This document shows, in pieces, positions 25,139-33,241 of a stretch of 33,241 nucleotides of DNA (position 1 is the stretch's first letter; each line of letters opens with the position of its first letter). Below the pieces are notes generated by a model that saw only the letters and a list, made by a program, of their open reading frames with translations, did not search any database and was not told where the DNA came from. The position numbers were made by a program, and so were the translations under genes. Source of the DNA: Streptococcaceae bacterium (GTDB lineage Bacteria; Bacillota; Bacilli; Lactobacillales; Streptococcaceae); NCBI GenBank assembly GCA_031279745.1, contig JAITHN010000026.1, positions 1 to 33,241 of the forward strand, read 5' to 3'.

Positions 25139-26962
25139 ATGGACTATATTAAGCGTATTTTAGTTGGAAAACCACTGAAGAGTGACGCTGGGGACAATCA
25201 CAAATTAAATAAATTTTCCGCGCTCGCCATGCTTTCAAGCGATGCACTTTCAAGTGTTGCATACGGAACGGAGCAGATTGTTCTCGTATTGGTTACGGTT
25301 TCTATGGCGGCGATTTGGTATTCCATTCCAATCGCTCTGGGCGTAGTGGTACTTCTTGTCAGCCTCACATTGAGCTATCGACAGATTATTCACGCCTATC
25401 CACAAGGTGGAGGAGCCTATAAGGTGAGTAGTGAAAACCTAGGAAAGAACTATGGTTTAGTGGCGGGTGGCTCGCTCCTCATTGACTATATGCTAACAGT
25501 AGCAGTATCTGTTTCAGCGGGGGCGGAAGCGATTACCAGTGCCATTCCACAATTGTTTGGGCACCAGGTGATCATTGCCGTTGTCATCGTCTTTATCTTA
25601 ATGCTTATGAATCTCAGAGGTTTGAGAGAGTCGGCAAGTTTTCTCATGTTTCCTGTCTACTGTTTTATTGGGATGACATTCCTCTTAATTGTCGTAGGAA
25701 TTGCAAAAATTTTCCTAGGTCTTTCGCCCTATCACGCAACGAGTGCAGTGGGCGCAGTGATTCCGGGGGCATCTATTGCTCTCGTTTTAAGAGCTTTTTC
25801 AAGCGGTTCTGCTTCTTTAACAGGTGTGGAAGCAATCAGTAATGCTGTACCCTTTTTTAAAAAACCTCGAGCAACGAATGCGGCGATGACCCTCGTCATG
25901 ATGAGTACTATCCTCGGTATCTTTTTTGCGGGCATTACATTCTTAAACTATTGGTTGGGTATTGTTCCACTAGAAAAAGTAACCCTTCTTTCACAAGTTG
26001 CAAGCACTGTGTTTGGAAAGAACGTCTTGTTCTTTTTCTTTCAATTTTCAACAGCAATGATTTTAGCAGTAGCTGCAAATACAGGATTTTCAGCTTTCCC
26101 TATGCTCAGTTTCAATCTTGCAAAAGACAAGTACATGCCGCATATGTATATGGAACGTGGAGACCGTTTAGGGTATTCAAATGGAATTATCACACTTGCC
26201 GTAGGAGCAATACTTCTCCTCTTCATCTTTGACGGTTCGACAGAAAGATTAATTCCGCTATATTCTATCGGTGTATTTATTCCTTTCGCCCTTTCCCAAA
26301 CGGGAATGGTTCGTCACTGGATGAAACGCGGTGGGAATTGGGGATTTACTGCCATTCCGAATATTTTAGGGGCGTTGATTTCATTTGCCATCATCATTAT
26401 TCTCTTTATTTTCAGACTTGCGGATATTTGGCCGTTCTTCATCATCATGCCCGTTCTTCTCTATATCTTCTATCGTATTCACGACCATTATGTTCGGGTT
26501 GCCGAGCAACTGCGGTTGATGGAGAGAACGGAGGAACATGAATATAGAGGCAATACCGTTCTAGTTTTGGTTGGAAATGTGACTCAGGTGGATATAGGGG
26601 CTATCAACTATGCAAGGAGTATAGGAGACCATGTGATTGCCATGCACGTGGCAACGGATGAAAACAAGGAGAAAGAAGAAGAGATTAAGCGTGAATTTCA
26701 AAGCCATTTCCCTGATATTCGCTTGAGCGTTCTTCATTCGAGTTACCGCTCAATCGTAGGACCTGTAATCCGCTATGTAGATTTAGTCAGCAAAAATTCT
26801 AGGAAACACAATTATACGACGACCGTTATCGTTCCTCAGTTCGTGCCGAATAAGGCTTGGCAAAGTATTTTACATAACCAAACCAGTTTGAAAATTCGAT
26901 ACTACCTAAGTTTCCGCGAACAGATTGTTGTAGCGAATTATAGCTATCATTTGAAAAAATGA
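25139..26962 (+). CDS. kimA: KimA/YdaO-type APC-superfamily potassium transporter
   Basis: IKRILVGKPLKS, ALAMLSSDALSSVAYGTEQI, YPQGGGAY, LTGVEAISN, cytoplasmic C-terminal domain with LHNQT; 607 aa. Confidence 0.88.
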   Translation: MDYIKRILVGKPLKSDAGDNHKLNKFSALAMLSSDALSSVAYGTEQIVLVLVTVSMAAIWYSIPIALGVVVLLVSLTLSYRQIIHAYPQGGGAYKVSSENLGKNYGLVAGGSLLIDYMLTVAVSVSAGAEAITSAIPQLFGHQVIIAVVIVFILMLMNLRGLRESASFLMFPVYCFIGMTFLLIVVGIAKIFLGLSPYHATSAVGAVIPGASIALVLRAFSSGSASLTGVEAISNAVPFFKKPRATNAAMTLVMMSTILGIFFAGITFLNYWLGIVPLEKVTLLSQVASTVFGKNVLFFFFQFSTAMILAVAANTGFSAFPMLSFNLAKDKYMPHMYMERGDRLGYSNGIITLAVGAILLLFIFDGSTERLIPLYSIGVFIPFALSQTGMVRHWMKRGGNWGFTAIPNILGALISFAIIIILFIFRLADIWPFFIIMPVLLYIFYRIHDHYVRVAEQLRLMERTEEHEYRGNTVLVLVGNVTQVDIGAINYARSIGDHVIAMHVATDENKEKEEEIKREFQSHFPDIRLSVLHSSYRSIVGPVIRYVDLVSKNSRKHNYTTTVIVPQFVPNKAWQSILHNQTSLKIRYYLSFREQIVVANYSYHLKK

Positions 26963-26974
26963 ATGTTAAAAAGC

Positions 26975-27005
26975 AAGCATCGTGCCCATCCAGCACGGTG
27001 CTTTT
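26975..27005 (+). terminator. Intrinsic terminator after kimA
   Basis: AGCATCGTGC-CCATCCA-GCACGGTGCT followed by TTT. Confidence 0.7.
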
Positions 27006-27214
27006 CGATTCGGTAAGTAGCCATGAAGTTTACCTGTCACTATACTCCTCCACATCCAGCATGGGGCCTTTCGACGAAGGATGAACAAGTTGGGCACTAT
27101 TGGCGGGGCAGGTTCGCTTAACATGTAGCATTGTAGGAAAGCGAGCGCGTAGTAGATTACCAAAAAATCGCACTACATTCAGTACGATTTGGTCATTCAA
27201 TACATTGCACCGGA

Positions 27215-27613
27215 TTAGATTCCAGAAAGCATTTGCGCATGGCGCATTTCGATTCGACGGATTTCTCTAGGCAAGAAGCAACGAATTTCGTCTTCATTAA
27301 ATCCAATCTGAAGGCGCTTTTCATCAACCATCATTGGACGTCTCAATAGAGAAGGAGTTTCTTCAAGCAAAGCAAGGAGTTCCGTAATATTTAAATCATC
27401 AAGATCCTTATCAAGTTTTTCAAAGGCTTTACTTCTTGTTGAAATAATATCCGTTGTTCCATCTTCAGTCATAGAAAGAATATGTTTAAGCTCATCTCTA
27501 GTAAGAGGTTCGTTCATCATGTTTCGTTCAGAAAAAGGAATGTGGTGAGCAACCAGCCAAGTTCTAGCTTTTCGACAACTTGTACAACTTGGAGAAGTGA
27601 ATAATTGTAACAT
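27215..27613 (-). CDS. spxA: Spx-family transcriptional regulator
   Basis: LFTSPSCTSCRKA, TEDGTTDIISTRS, LLRRP, IGFNEDEIRCFLPR. Confidence 0.95.
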   Translation of the reverse strand: MLQLFTSPSCTSCRKARTWLVAHHIPFSERNMMNEPLTRDELKHILSMTEDGTTDIISTRSKAFEKLDKDLDDLNITELLALLEETPSLLRRPMMVDEKRLQIGFNEDEIRCFLPREIRRIEMRHAQMLSGI

Positions 27614-28071
27614 TTAGAAACCCCCTTTAAGATGCATACGACTACGAATGGATCATTCATTCTTTACACACCTATTATAAAATGAATTTTTTATGAAAGA
27701 AAGGGGAAATTTTAATAATAACAACGAAATAATGATAAATTCATTTTAAGCTTACGTGTGAAAAGGTTTTCATTTTTTAATATAACCAATAAATTTTTGA
27801 AAAAAACAGGAAAAACATAAAAAAATTAAGAAAACCTTAAGCGAAAGTCAAGAAAAGCGAGTACGAAAGTCTAAAAGTGTTCGTATAACAGACTTTCAAG
27901 TAAATTTATTTTGCAAGAAAAATGCATGTGAGGAATTATGCATAAAAAGCATAAATGAAAAAAACGTAAAATTTTAATGAAAATAGCTTTCATACTGCAT
28001 GAAGGCGCAGAGATGAAAGCTAGGGTGATTTATCCTTCAATTGGAGAATGTTTAGTATGGGTACGAATGAT

Positions 28072-29616
28072 CTATCGATTTTTGGGAAGTTGTTCAAGTG
28101 ATGAATCGTTATTTTCAGGTTCGTCCCAGACATACTCTTCCACGTCATAGCTAAAAGAGTAAAGCGGCGTTACTTCAACCCTTGTTTTCGGCTCGACTTG
28201 TCGAACAAGGTAACGTGGAATTTCAATGTCAAAATCAAAGATTTTTGAATAAGAATAAGTCCTTTTCAGTTTCCAAGCATATTCATATTCCAAACCAACT
28301 TGATAAAGTGGAGGAAACCAATGGAAGGTGGTCTTATACTCGCCGCTCCAAATATATCCCGTTTTCTCCGACCAGGAGTAAGTGTAATACTCTTTACGAC
28401 TCCAGGCGAAAATGGATGGGCTATCACTTATTTTCTGTGCATTTTGTATAATTTTCACAATATGCTGATGATCAAAAGTTTTGAGCTCAATCAGTTTTTC
28501 TCTCAATTCAACCAAATCTTTTGCCACGCCAGAAAAATCATTAAACTTGTTTTCTGGTTTTCCGTAGACCAGCTCCATATGGACGACTTCAGCTGCCGCT
28601 TGTATCATTTTTGCGCTTTCCTGAGTGTAGCCGGAGTCAATCAGCTTCTGTAAAAAATCTTCAGATTTGCCTAGGCGCATTTCCTTTGTTTCAGGACTCT
28701 TTTCAGGAGGAAAGAAGAAGATTTTTTTTTCTGCTACCTTTAGAATTTCATGGATTTCGTCAGTTGAGAACGAGCTGGTAAGATTTGCTTTTAACTCCTC
28801 GCTATCTTTCGAGAAGTCAAAAAACTCTTTTTTCCCAATTTCAAACGGGATAAACACCCTTTTTTTCCCAATTTCGAGTTCAAGAGGAAGGGCGAATTCA
28901 CCTGGTTTCTCTGTTTGAGGACGGTGTTTATTTGGGATGGGATGCAAGAGCGCATACTCCCTGAATTCTTCGTTGATTGCTTCTACATCTGTAAAAAAAG
29001 CCACATCCTCATGCGGTACGGTAAGAGAAACTTGACGTGTTTTCCCTGTTTTCTCTGCGAAAGAAGGAACCTCTCCTTCGCTCTTATATCCCGTGGTCGT
29101 TTCAAACTCGACTTCAGTCTCCGTAGGATTGAAAGGGATGGAAGTAATTTTCGCCACGCCCTTTGCTGAGCTCGGCAGACGTTCAAACTCGTCCGTATGC
29201 AGCATCATTAAAGGATTCTCTTCAGGTGGAACGAATGTTACCTGAATATTTTTTGCCCCTTCTTGAAGCGCATGCATCCCCTTGAAAGACTCCATACGAG
29301 GTTCAATCTGCAAGGCGCTTTTTTGTTGCACGAGAATGTCAGGCGCAATGCCATCAATAGGTTCTCCCCAGTCTCCGTAGAGAAACTCGCCAGAAATGGG
29401 AAGGTGGCGGATTTTCGTTAAATCCTCAAAATTCGGCATAGACTTTGCACGGTGAATATCCTCTGTATAGATAGGACTCCCTGGCAGAGAAATCGTTCGA
29501 AAATTATATTTTCGTTTATTTTTTAACACCTGTTCAGGAACGTCTTTAAGAAACAGAGCGGTTTTTTTCTTCACATTTTTTTGGTTTTTTGAATGGAAAT
29601 TCCAATTTGTATGCAT
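28072..29616 (-). CDS. Hypothetical protein (514 aa), family not recognised
   Basis: Long ORF filling the gap, AAAGGAGG RBS, extended -10 TGTTATACT just upstream; no signal peptide or TM helix. Confidence 0.85.
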   Translation of the reverse strand: MHTNWNFHSKNQKNVKKKTALFLKDVPEQVLKNKRKYNFRTISLPGSPIYTEDIHRAKSMPNFEDLTKIRHLPISGEFLYGDWGEPIDGIAPDILVQQKSALQIEPRMESFKGMHALQEGAKNIQVTFVPPEENPLMMLHTDEFERLPSSAKGVAKITSIPFNPTETEVEFETTTGYKSEGEVPSFAEKTGKTRQVSLTVPHEDVAFFTDVEAINEEFREYALLHPIPNKHRPQTEKPGEFALPLELEIGKKRVFIPFEIGKKEFFDFSKDSEELKANLTSSFSTDEIHEILKVAEKKIFFFPPEKSPETKEMRLGKSEDFLQKLIDSGYTQESAKMIQAAAEVVHMELVYGKPENKFNDFSGVAKDLVELREKLIELKTFDHQHIVKIIQNAQKISDSPSIFAWSRKEYYTYSWSEKTGYIWSGEYKTTFHWFPPLYQVGLEYEYAWKLKRTYSYSKIFDFDIEIPRYLVRQVEPKTRVEVTPLYSFSYDVEEYVWDEPENNDSSLEQLPKNR

Positions 29617-29682
29617 GCGGCCTCCTTTCCATTTTAGTATAACAAGAATAACCAGAAAACGCTTTGTTAGACGTAGGGAAGA

Positions 29683-29711
29683 TTGAAAAGAAAACGCCTA
29701 TACGGTAAAAT
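29683..29711 (+). promoter_or_regulatory. Sigma-70 promoter of the symporter-coaA pair
   Basis: TTGAAA-17 bp-TAAAAT; AGGAGG RBS downstream. Confidence 0.7.
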
Positions 29712-29732
29712 TTCAATTATTAGGAGGAAATT

Positions 29733-31088
29733 ATGAACGTATTCGTTTTATTATCTATATTATCTGTAATTGCTCTCATCATGCTCCCGCTCTTCCTTTT
29801 AAAAAGAAAAGGAAAGACACAGTGGATGATTCATGGATTGGCGGTTATTTTAGGTGTTGCACTCGCCCTACTCGTCAAAGTATTTTTCAAAGAAAATACA
29901 GCACTTCTTTCTTTCAGTGGAGTTGTCGTGCGAGTGTTTTCAGATAATTATATGCATATTCTTCAATTTATGGCGATTCCAACGCTTGTTTTTGGATTGA
30001 GTCAGGGAATAATCCAGTCGGCTGAAAGCAAGCGGACCGGAAAATCTATTTTGGTAATCGGGGGAACGGTACTTGTGACAACTGCTGTTTCAGCGATTAT
30101 AGGCTACCTTTTGACGGTGTTCTTTCAATTAAAATTGTCTGCACTTCCCCACACTGCCGCGGTAGAAACTCAGGCAAAGACATTATCCAAATTGATGAAA
30201 GGCTATTCAGCGGAGTCCCTCACTGAGAGTTTCACCAATTTTCTTCCAACAAATATCGAGACTTTTTTCCAAAGTTTAGGAGAAAGAGGGATTTTCATCA
30301 GCATCGTTCTAACCCTCCTCGCTCTTGCAAGTTGTAAGCGATTGACTCGAAATGCAGTGGGAAGAGAAAGTATGAAAGGGGTTGAAGGAGGGATTCGCAT
30401 GCTTTCAAAACTCATCGAAGGGATTTCCACCTCTCTCCTTTCGGTTTTCCCGTACCTCCTTCCCTATCTCGTTGCAAGTTTCCTCCTCTTTTTGCCGTTC
30501 TCTGCATTAAAAGGGCTCCTTCCCTTTATTTTAGTATTTCATGTGGGCGCGGCGCTCGTCCTCATCTGTAACCTCGCCCTCCTCTATTCAGTAGGAGTGG
30601 AGCCACTGGAGTATTTGAAAAAAGCACTCTTCCCACTCGTGCTCAGCTTTCTAACTGACTCCACGATGGCAACCTATGCGGCAAATGTAAAGACACAAAC
30701 GGAGAAATTCAGCGTGGATACGAGAATTGCGCATCTATCTGGAGGAATGGGTTTATTCATGGGGCAAAATGGTTGCGGAGGACTCTTTCCTGCTATGGTG
30801 GTCACGATGATTGCTTTAGATAGAGGGGTTGAAGTCACCTCGCTTTCGTACTTTTTCATGCTCACCGCAATGATTCTCCTTTCCAGTCTCTTTTCGATAT
30901 ACTGGGGTGGAGGAGCTACAACAGTGACGCTTGGCGTTTTATTCTTGTTCGGCAATCTCCCCGTTGAATCCTTTGCACTTCTTGTTACGGCGTCTCTATT
31001 CGTTCAAGCGACAAGAACATTGCTTAATGAAAACGGCGCGCTGACTGCAGGAATCTATACAGATAGAAAGCTCAAGCAGCTGAAATAA
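29733..31088 (+). CDS. DAACS/SDF-family cation symporter, divergent TcyP (cystine uptake)-like
   Basis: Multi-TM; MGQNGCGGLFPAM, GGGAT and RTLLN motifs of the TcyP subfamily. Confidence 0.82.
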   Translation: MNVFVLLSILSVIALIMLPLFLLKRKGKTQWMIHGLAVILGVALALLVKVFFKENTALLSFSGVVVRVFSDNYMHILQFMAIPTLVFGLSQGIIQSAESKRTGKSILVIGGTVLVTTAVSAIIGYLLTVFFQLKLSALPHTAAVETQAKTLSKLMKGYSAESLTESFTNFLPTNIETFFQSLGERGIFISIVLTLLALASCKRLTRNAVGRESMKGVEGGIRMLSKLIEGISTSLLSVFPYLLPYLVASFLLFLPFSALKGLLPFILVFHVGAALVLICNLALLYSVGVEPLEYLKKALFPLVLSFLTDSTMATYAANVKTQTEKFSVDTRIAHLSGGMGLFMGQNGCGGLFPAMVVTMIALDRGVEVTSLSYFFMLTAMILLSSLFSIYWGGGATTVTLGVLFLFGNLPVESFALLVTASLFVQATRTLLNENGALTAGIYTDRKLKQLK

Positions 31089-31104
31089 CTTGAAGGAGAT
31101 TACA

Positions 31105-32028
31105 ATGGAAGAATTTGGAAATTTTGAGAAATTCTCTCGTGAAAAATGGAGTGAACTTTATAAAGAAGGATTGCCGCCCTTATCCATAGAAGAGTTGGAA
31201 GATATCAAGAGTTTGAACGATAAAATCTCTCTTGAAGATGTTCAGGAAATCTATGTTCCGCTCATTCATCTTATTCGTGTGTACCACAAAGCGCAGGAAA
31301 GCATCACCCTTTCAAAAGGACTATTCCTCCGTCAACTACTCCCGACTCCTCCATTTATCATAGGCGTTTCAGGAAGTGTGGCTGTTGGAAAAAGCACCAC
31401 TGCTAGACTTTTACAAATCCTTTTACAAAGGACATTCAAACGTTTAAAAGTGGAGTTGATTACCACGGATGGATTTTTATACCCGAATGAAACATTGATT
31501 GAACAGGGGATTCTGAACAGAAAAGGATTTCCAGAAAGCTATGACATGGAAACCCTCATCTGCTATTTGACAGAAGTGAAAAATGGGAAAGAATTAGTGG
31601 AAAGTCCCGTCTATTCCCATGAAGTCTATAATGTTGTCGAAGGGGTAACTCAGGAAACCAATCACCCTGAAATTTTAATTGTCGAGGGAATTAATGTTTT
31701 GCAACTTCCAGAGGATAGACGCATTTTCATCAGTGACTTCTTCGATTTTTCCATCTATGTGGATGCGGAGGAAGAAAATATTAAAAAGTGGTATTTAGAG
31801 CGATTTGAAAAATTATTAGACTCCGCCTTTCAAGATCCAACCAATTTTTACTATTCATTTGCACAGATGAATCGAGAAGATGCGCTCCTTGAAGCGGAAA
31901 AAGTTTGGAAGAGCGTGAATCAAGTCAATCTTGAGAAAAACATTCTCCCCACACGTTCCCGAGCAAATGTTGTCTTGCATAAATCAAGCGAGCACAAACT
32001 AGACAAGATTTTTTTGAAAAAATACTGA
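31105..32028 (+). CDS. coaA: Type I pantothenate kinase
   Basis: GSVAVGKSTTAR, TTDGFLYPN, RKGFPESYD, VEGINVLQ; AAGGAG RBS before ATG 31105. Confidence 0.97.
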   Translation: MEEFGNFEKFSREKWSELYKEGLPPLSIEELEDIKSLNDKISLEDVQEIYVPLIHLIRVYHKAQESITLSKGLFLRQLLPTPPFIIGVSGSVAVGKSTTARLLQILLQRTFKRLKVELITTDGFLYPNETLIEQGILNRKGFPESYDMETLICYLTEVKNGKELVESPVYSHEVYNVVEGVTQETNHPEILIVEGINVLQLPEDRRIFISDFFDFSIYVDAEEENIKKWYLERFEKLLDSAFQDPTNFYYSFAQMNREDALLEAEKVWKSVNQVNLEKNILPTRSRANVVLHKSSEHKLDKIFLKKY

Positions 32029-32047
32029 CAGCTATTGAATGAAGCGC

Positions 32048-32094
32048 AAAATCAGACTGTAAAACCGATTTATTGGTTATCAGTCTGATTTTTT
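32048..32094 (+). terminator. Intrinsic terminator after coaA
   Basis: AAAATCAGACTG...CAGTCTGATTTTTT. Confidence 0.8.
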
Positions 32095-32280
32095 ATCATT
32101 TGAAATTTACGCAGTTATACGTTTTATAAGAGTGGCCTTCGCTCAAGTAAGATTTATTTAAGCGTATGGCAGATTTGATAAACACAAACGCAGCGACCTA
32201 GAACCTAAACTTTTCTTTAGAAACAGTTTTTAAATAGGGTTCGTTATGTTAAGATAGCGAAAACAAATAGGAGGCGCACC

Positions 32281-33241
32281 TTGACTGAGAGAACAGAAAA
32301 CTTACAGAAAATTCTCGTGCTTGACTATGGAAGTCAGTACAACCAATTGATTACTCGCCGCATTCGCGAATTCGGTGTATTTAGCGAGCTGATTAGCAAT
32401 ACTACACCCATTGACGAAATCAAAGCGATGAACCCGGCAGGAATTATTTTTTCAGGAGGGCCAAATTCAGTTTATGAAGAAGGCGCACCAAGTGTAGATG
32501 AAGCAATATTCGAACTGGGCATTCCGATTCTAGGAATTTGCTATGGGATGCAGTTAATCACACAAAAACTTGGGGGAACGGTTCTTCCTGCAGATTCAGC
32601 TGGGAATCGAGAGTATGGACAGTCTCAGTTGACTCATGGAAATGAGAGCGAACTATTTAATGGAACGCCTGAAAAGCAAATTGTTTTGATGAGCCACGGG
32701 GATGCAGTGACTGAAATCCCTGATGGATTTGTACGCACTGGAACCAGTGAAGACTGTCCATATGCTGCAATCGAAAATGCAGAAAGACATCTTTATGGGA
32801 TTCAGTTTCACCCGGAAGTGCGCCACTCAGAATATGGGAACGACCTTCTTAGAAACTTCGTTTTCAACATTTGTAAAGCAAAGGGCGATTGGTCGATGGA
32901 AAATTTCATTGAACTTGAGATTGCAAAAATTCGTGAAAAAGTAGGAGACAAGAAAGTGCTTTTAGGACTTTCAGGAGGGGTAGATTCTTCTGTTGTAGGT
33001 GTTCTCTTGCAAAAAGCCATTGGTGACCAACTCACCTGTATTTTTGTAGATCACGGTTTGCTTCGTAAAAATGAAGGGGATCAAGTGATGAACATGTTGG
33101 GTGGGAAATTTGGGCTCAACATCATCCGAGTAGACGCAGCCAAACGCTTTTTAGACAAGTTGGAAGGGGTAAGCGACCCTGAAACGAAACGTAAGATTAT
33201 CGGGAATGAATTTATTTATGTGTGTGATGATGAAGCTTCTA
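32281..33241 (+). CDS. guaA: GMP synthase (glutamine-hydrolysing), 3'-partial
   Basis: Absent from the ORF track because it has no stop in the window. TTG start with AGGAGG RBS; [45 protein letters not shown]. Confidence 0.97.
   Translation, partial: MTERTENLQKILVLDYGSQYNQLITRRIREFGVFSELISNTTPIDEIKAMNPAGIIFSGGPNSVYEEGAPSVDEAIFELGIPILGICYGMQLITQKLGGTVLPADSAGNREYGQSQLTHGNESELFNGTPEKQIVLMSHGDAVTEIPDGFVRTGTSEDCPYAAIENAERHLYGIQFHPEVRHSEYGNDLLRNFVFNICKAKGDWSMENFIELEIAKIREKVGDKKVLLGLSGGVDSSVVGVLLQKAIGDQLTCIFVDHGLLRKNEGDQVMNMLGGKFGLNIIRVDAAKRFLDKLEGVSDPETKRKIIGNEFIYVCDDEAS

Noticed and set aside
26987-27145. CRISPR array suggested by the 66-bp period
   Set aside because: Only two 22-bp imperfect copies, no extension of the match, no leader or cas genes, and the first copy is part of a terminator.
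26966-27163. 65-aa minus-strand ORF with RKAPCWM twice
   Set aside because: The repeat follows from the DNA duplication; no RBS, and it runs across terminator hairpins.
27725-27750. Fur/PerR box (AATAATGATAAATTCATT)
   Set aside because: Spacing is wrong for the consensus, and such a match is expected by chance in AT-rich DNA.
32095-32280. Purine riboswitch upstream of guaA
   Set aside because: The conserved core (TATAA...ATATGG...TTTCTACC...CCGTAAA...GACTA) is absent, and there is no leader terminator before the start.
822-33035. Numerous 60-135 aa antisense or alternate-frame ORFs overlapping conserved genes
   Set aside because: Shadow ORFs with no RBS and no recognisable motifs.

Overview
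Core-chromosome segment of a low-GC lactic acid bacterium (Lactobacillales). The gene content looks Enterococcaceae-like, while the divergent htrA/rlmH pair and a CiaR-type box look streptococcal/lactococcal; this placement is inferred only. Housekeeping genes in order: mfd (partial), yabM-like flippase, ykwC-like dehydrogenase, ykuJ, L21 leader + rplU-prp-rpmA, S58 peptidase, recR-yaiI-ddl, ytpR/usp/trx/pepSY opposite pepA, GDPD, ssb paralog, htrA, rlmH, serS, Zn-free rpsN, kimA, spx, tcyP-like symporter, coaA, guaA (partial). Points of most interest: (1) a 514-aa orphan with good expression signals whose C-terminus resembles, by eye, an aerolysin/ETX-MTX2-type beta-hairpin core; (2) a five-gene WxL/DUF916 cell-surface cluster with non-canonical motifs; (3) a duplicated att-like sequence at the rlmH 3' end with no element left; (4) an amino-acid permease broken by an in-frame amber codon; (5) related palindromes between convergent genes. 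No rRNA, tRNA, transposase, integrase or CRISPR array was seen. All protein calls come from motif recognition, not database searches.
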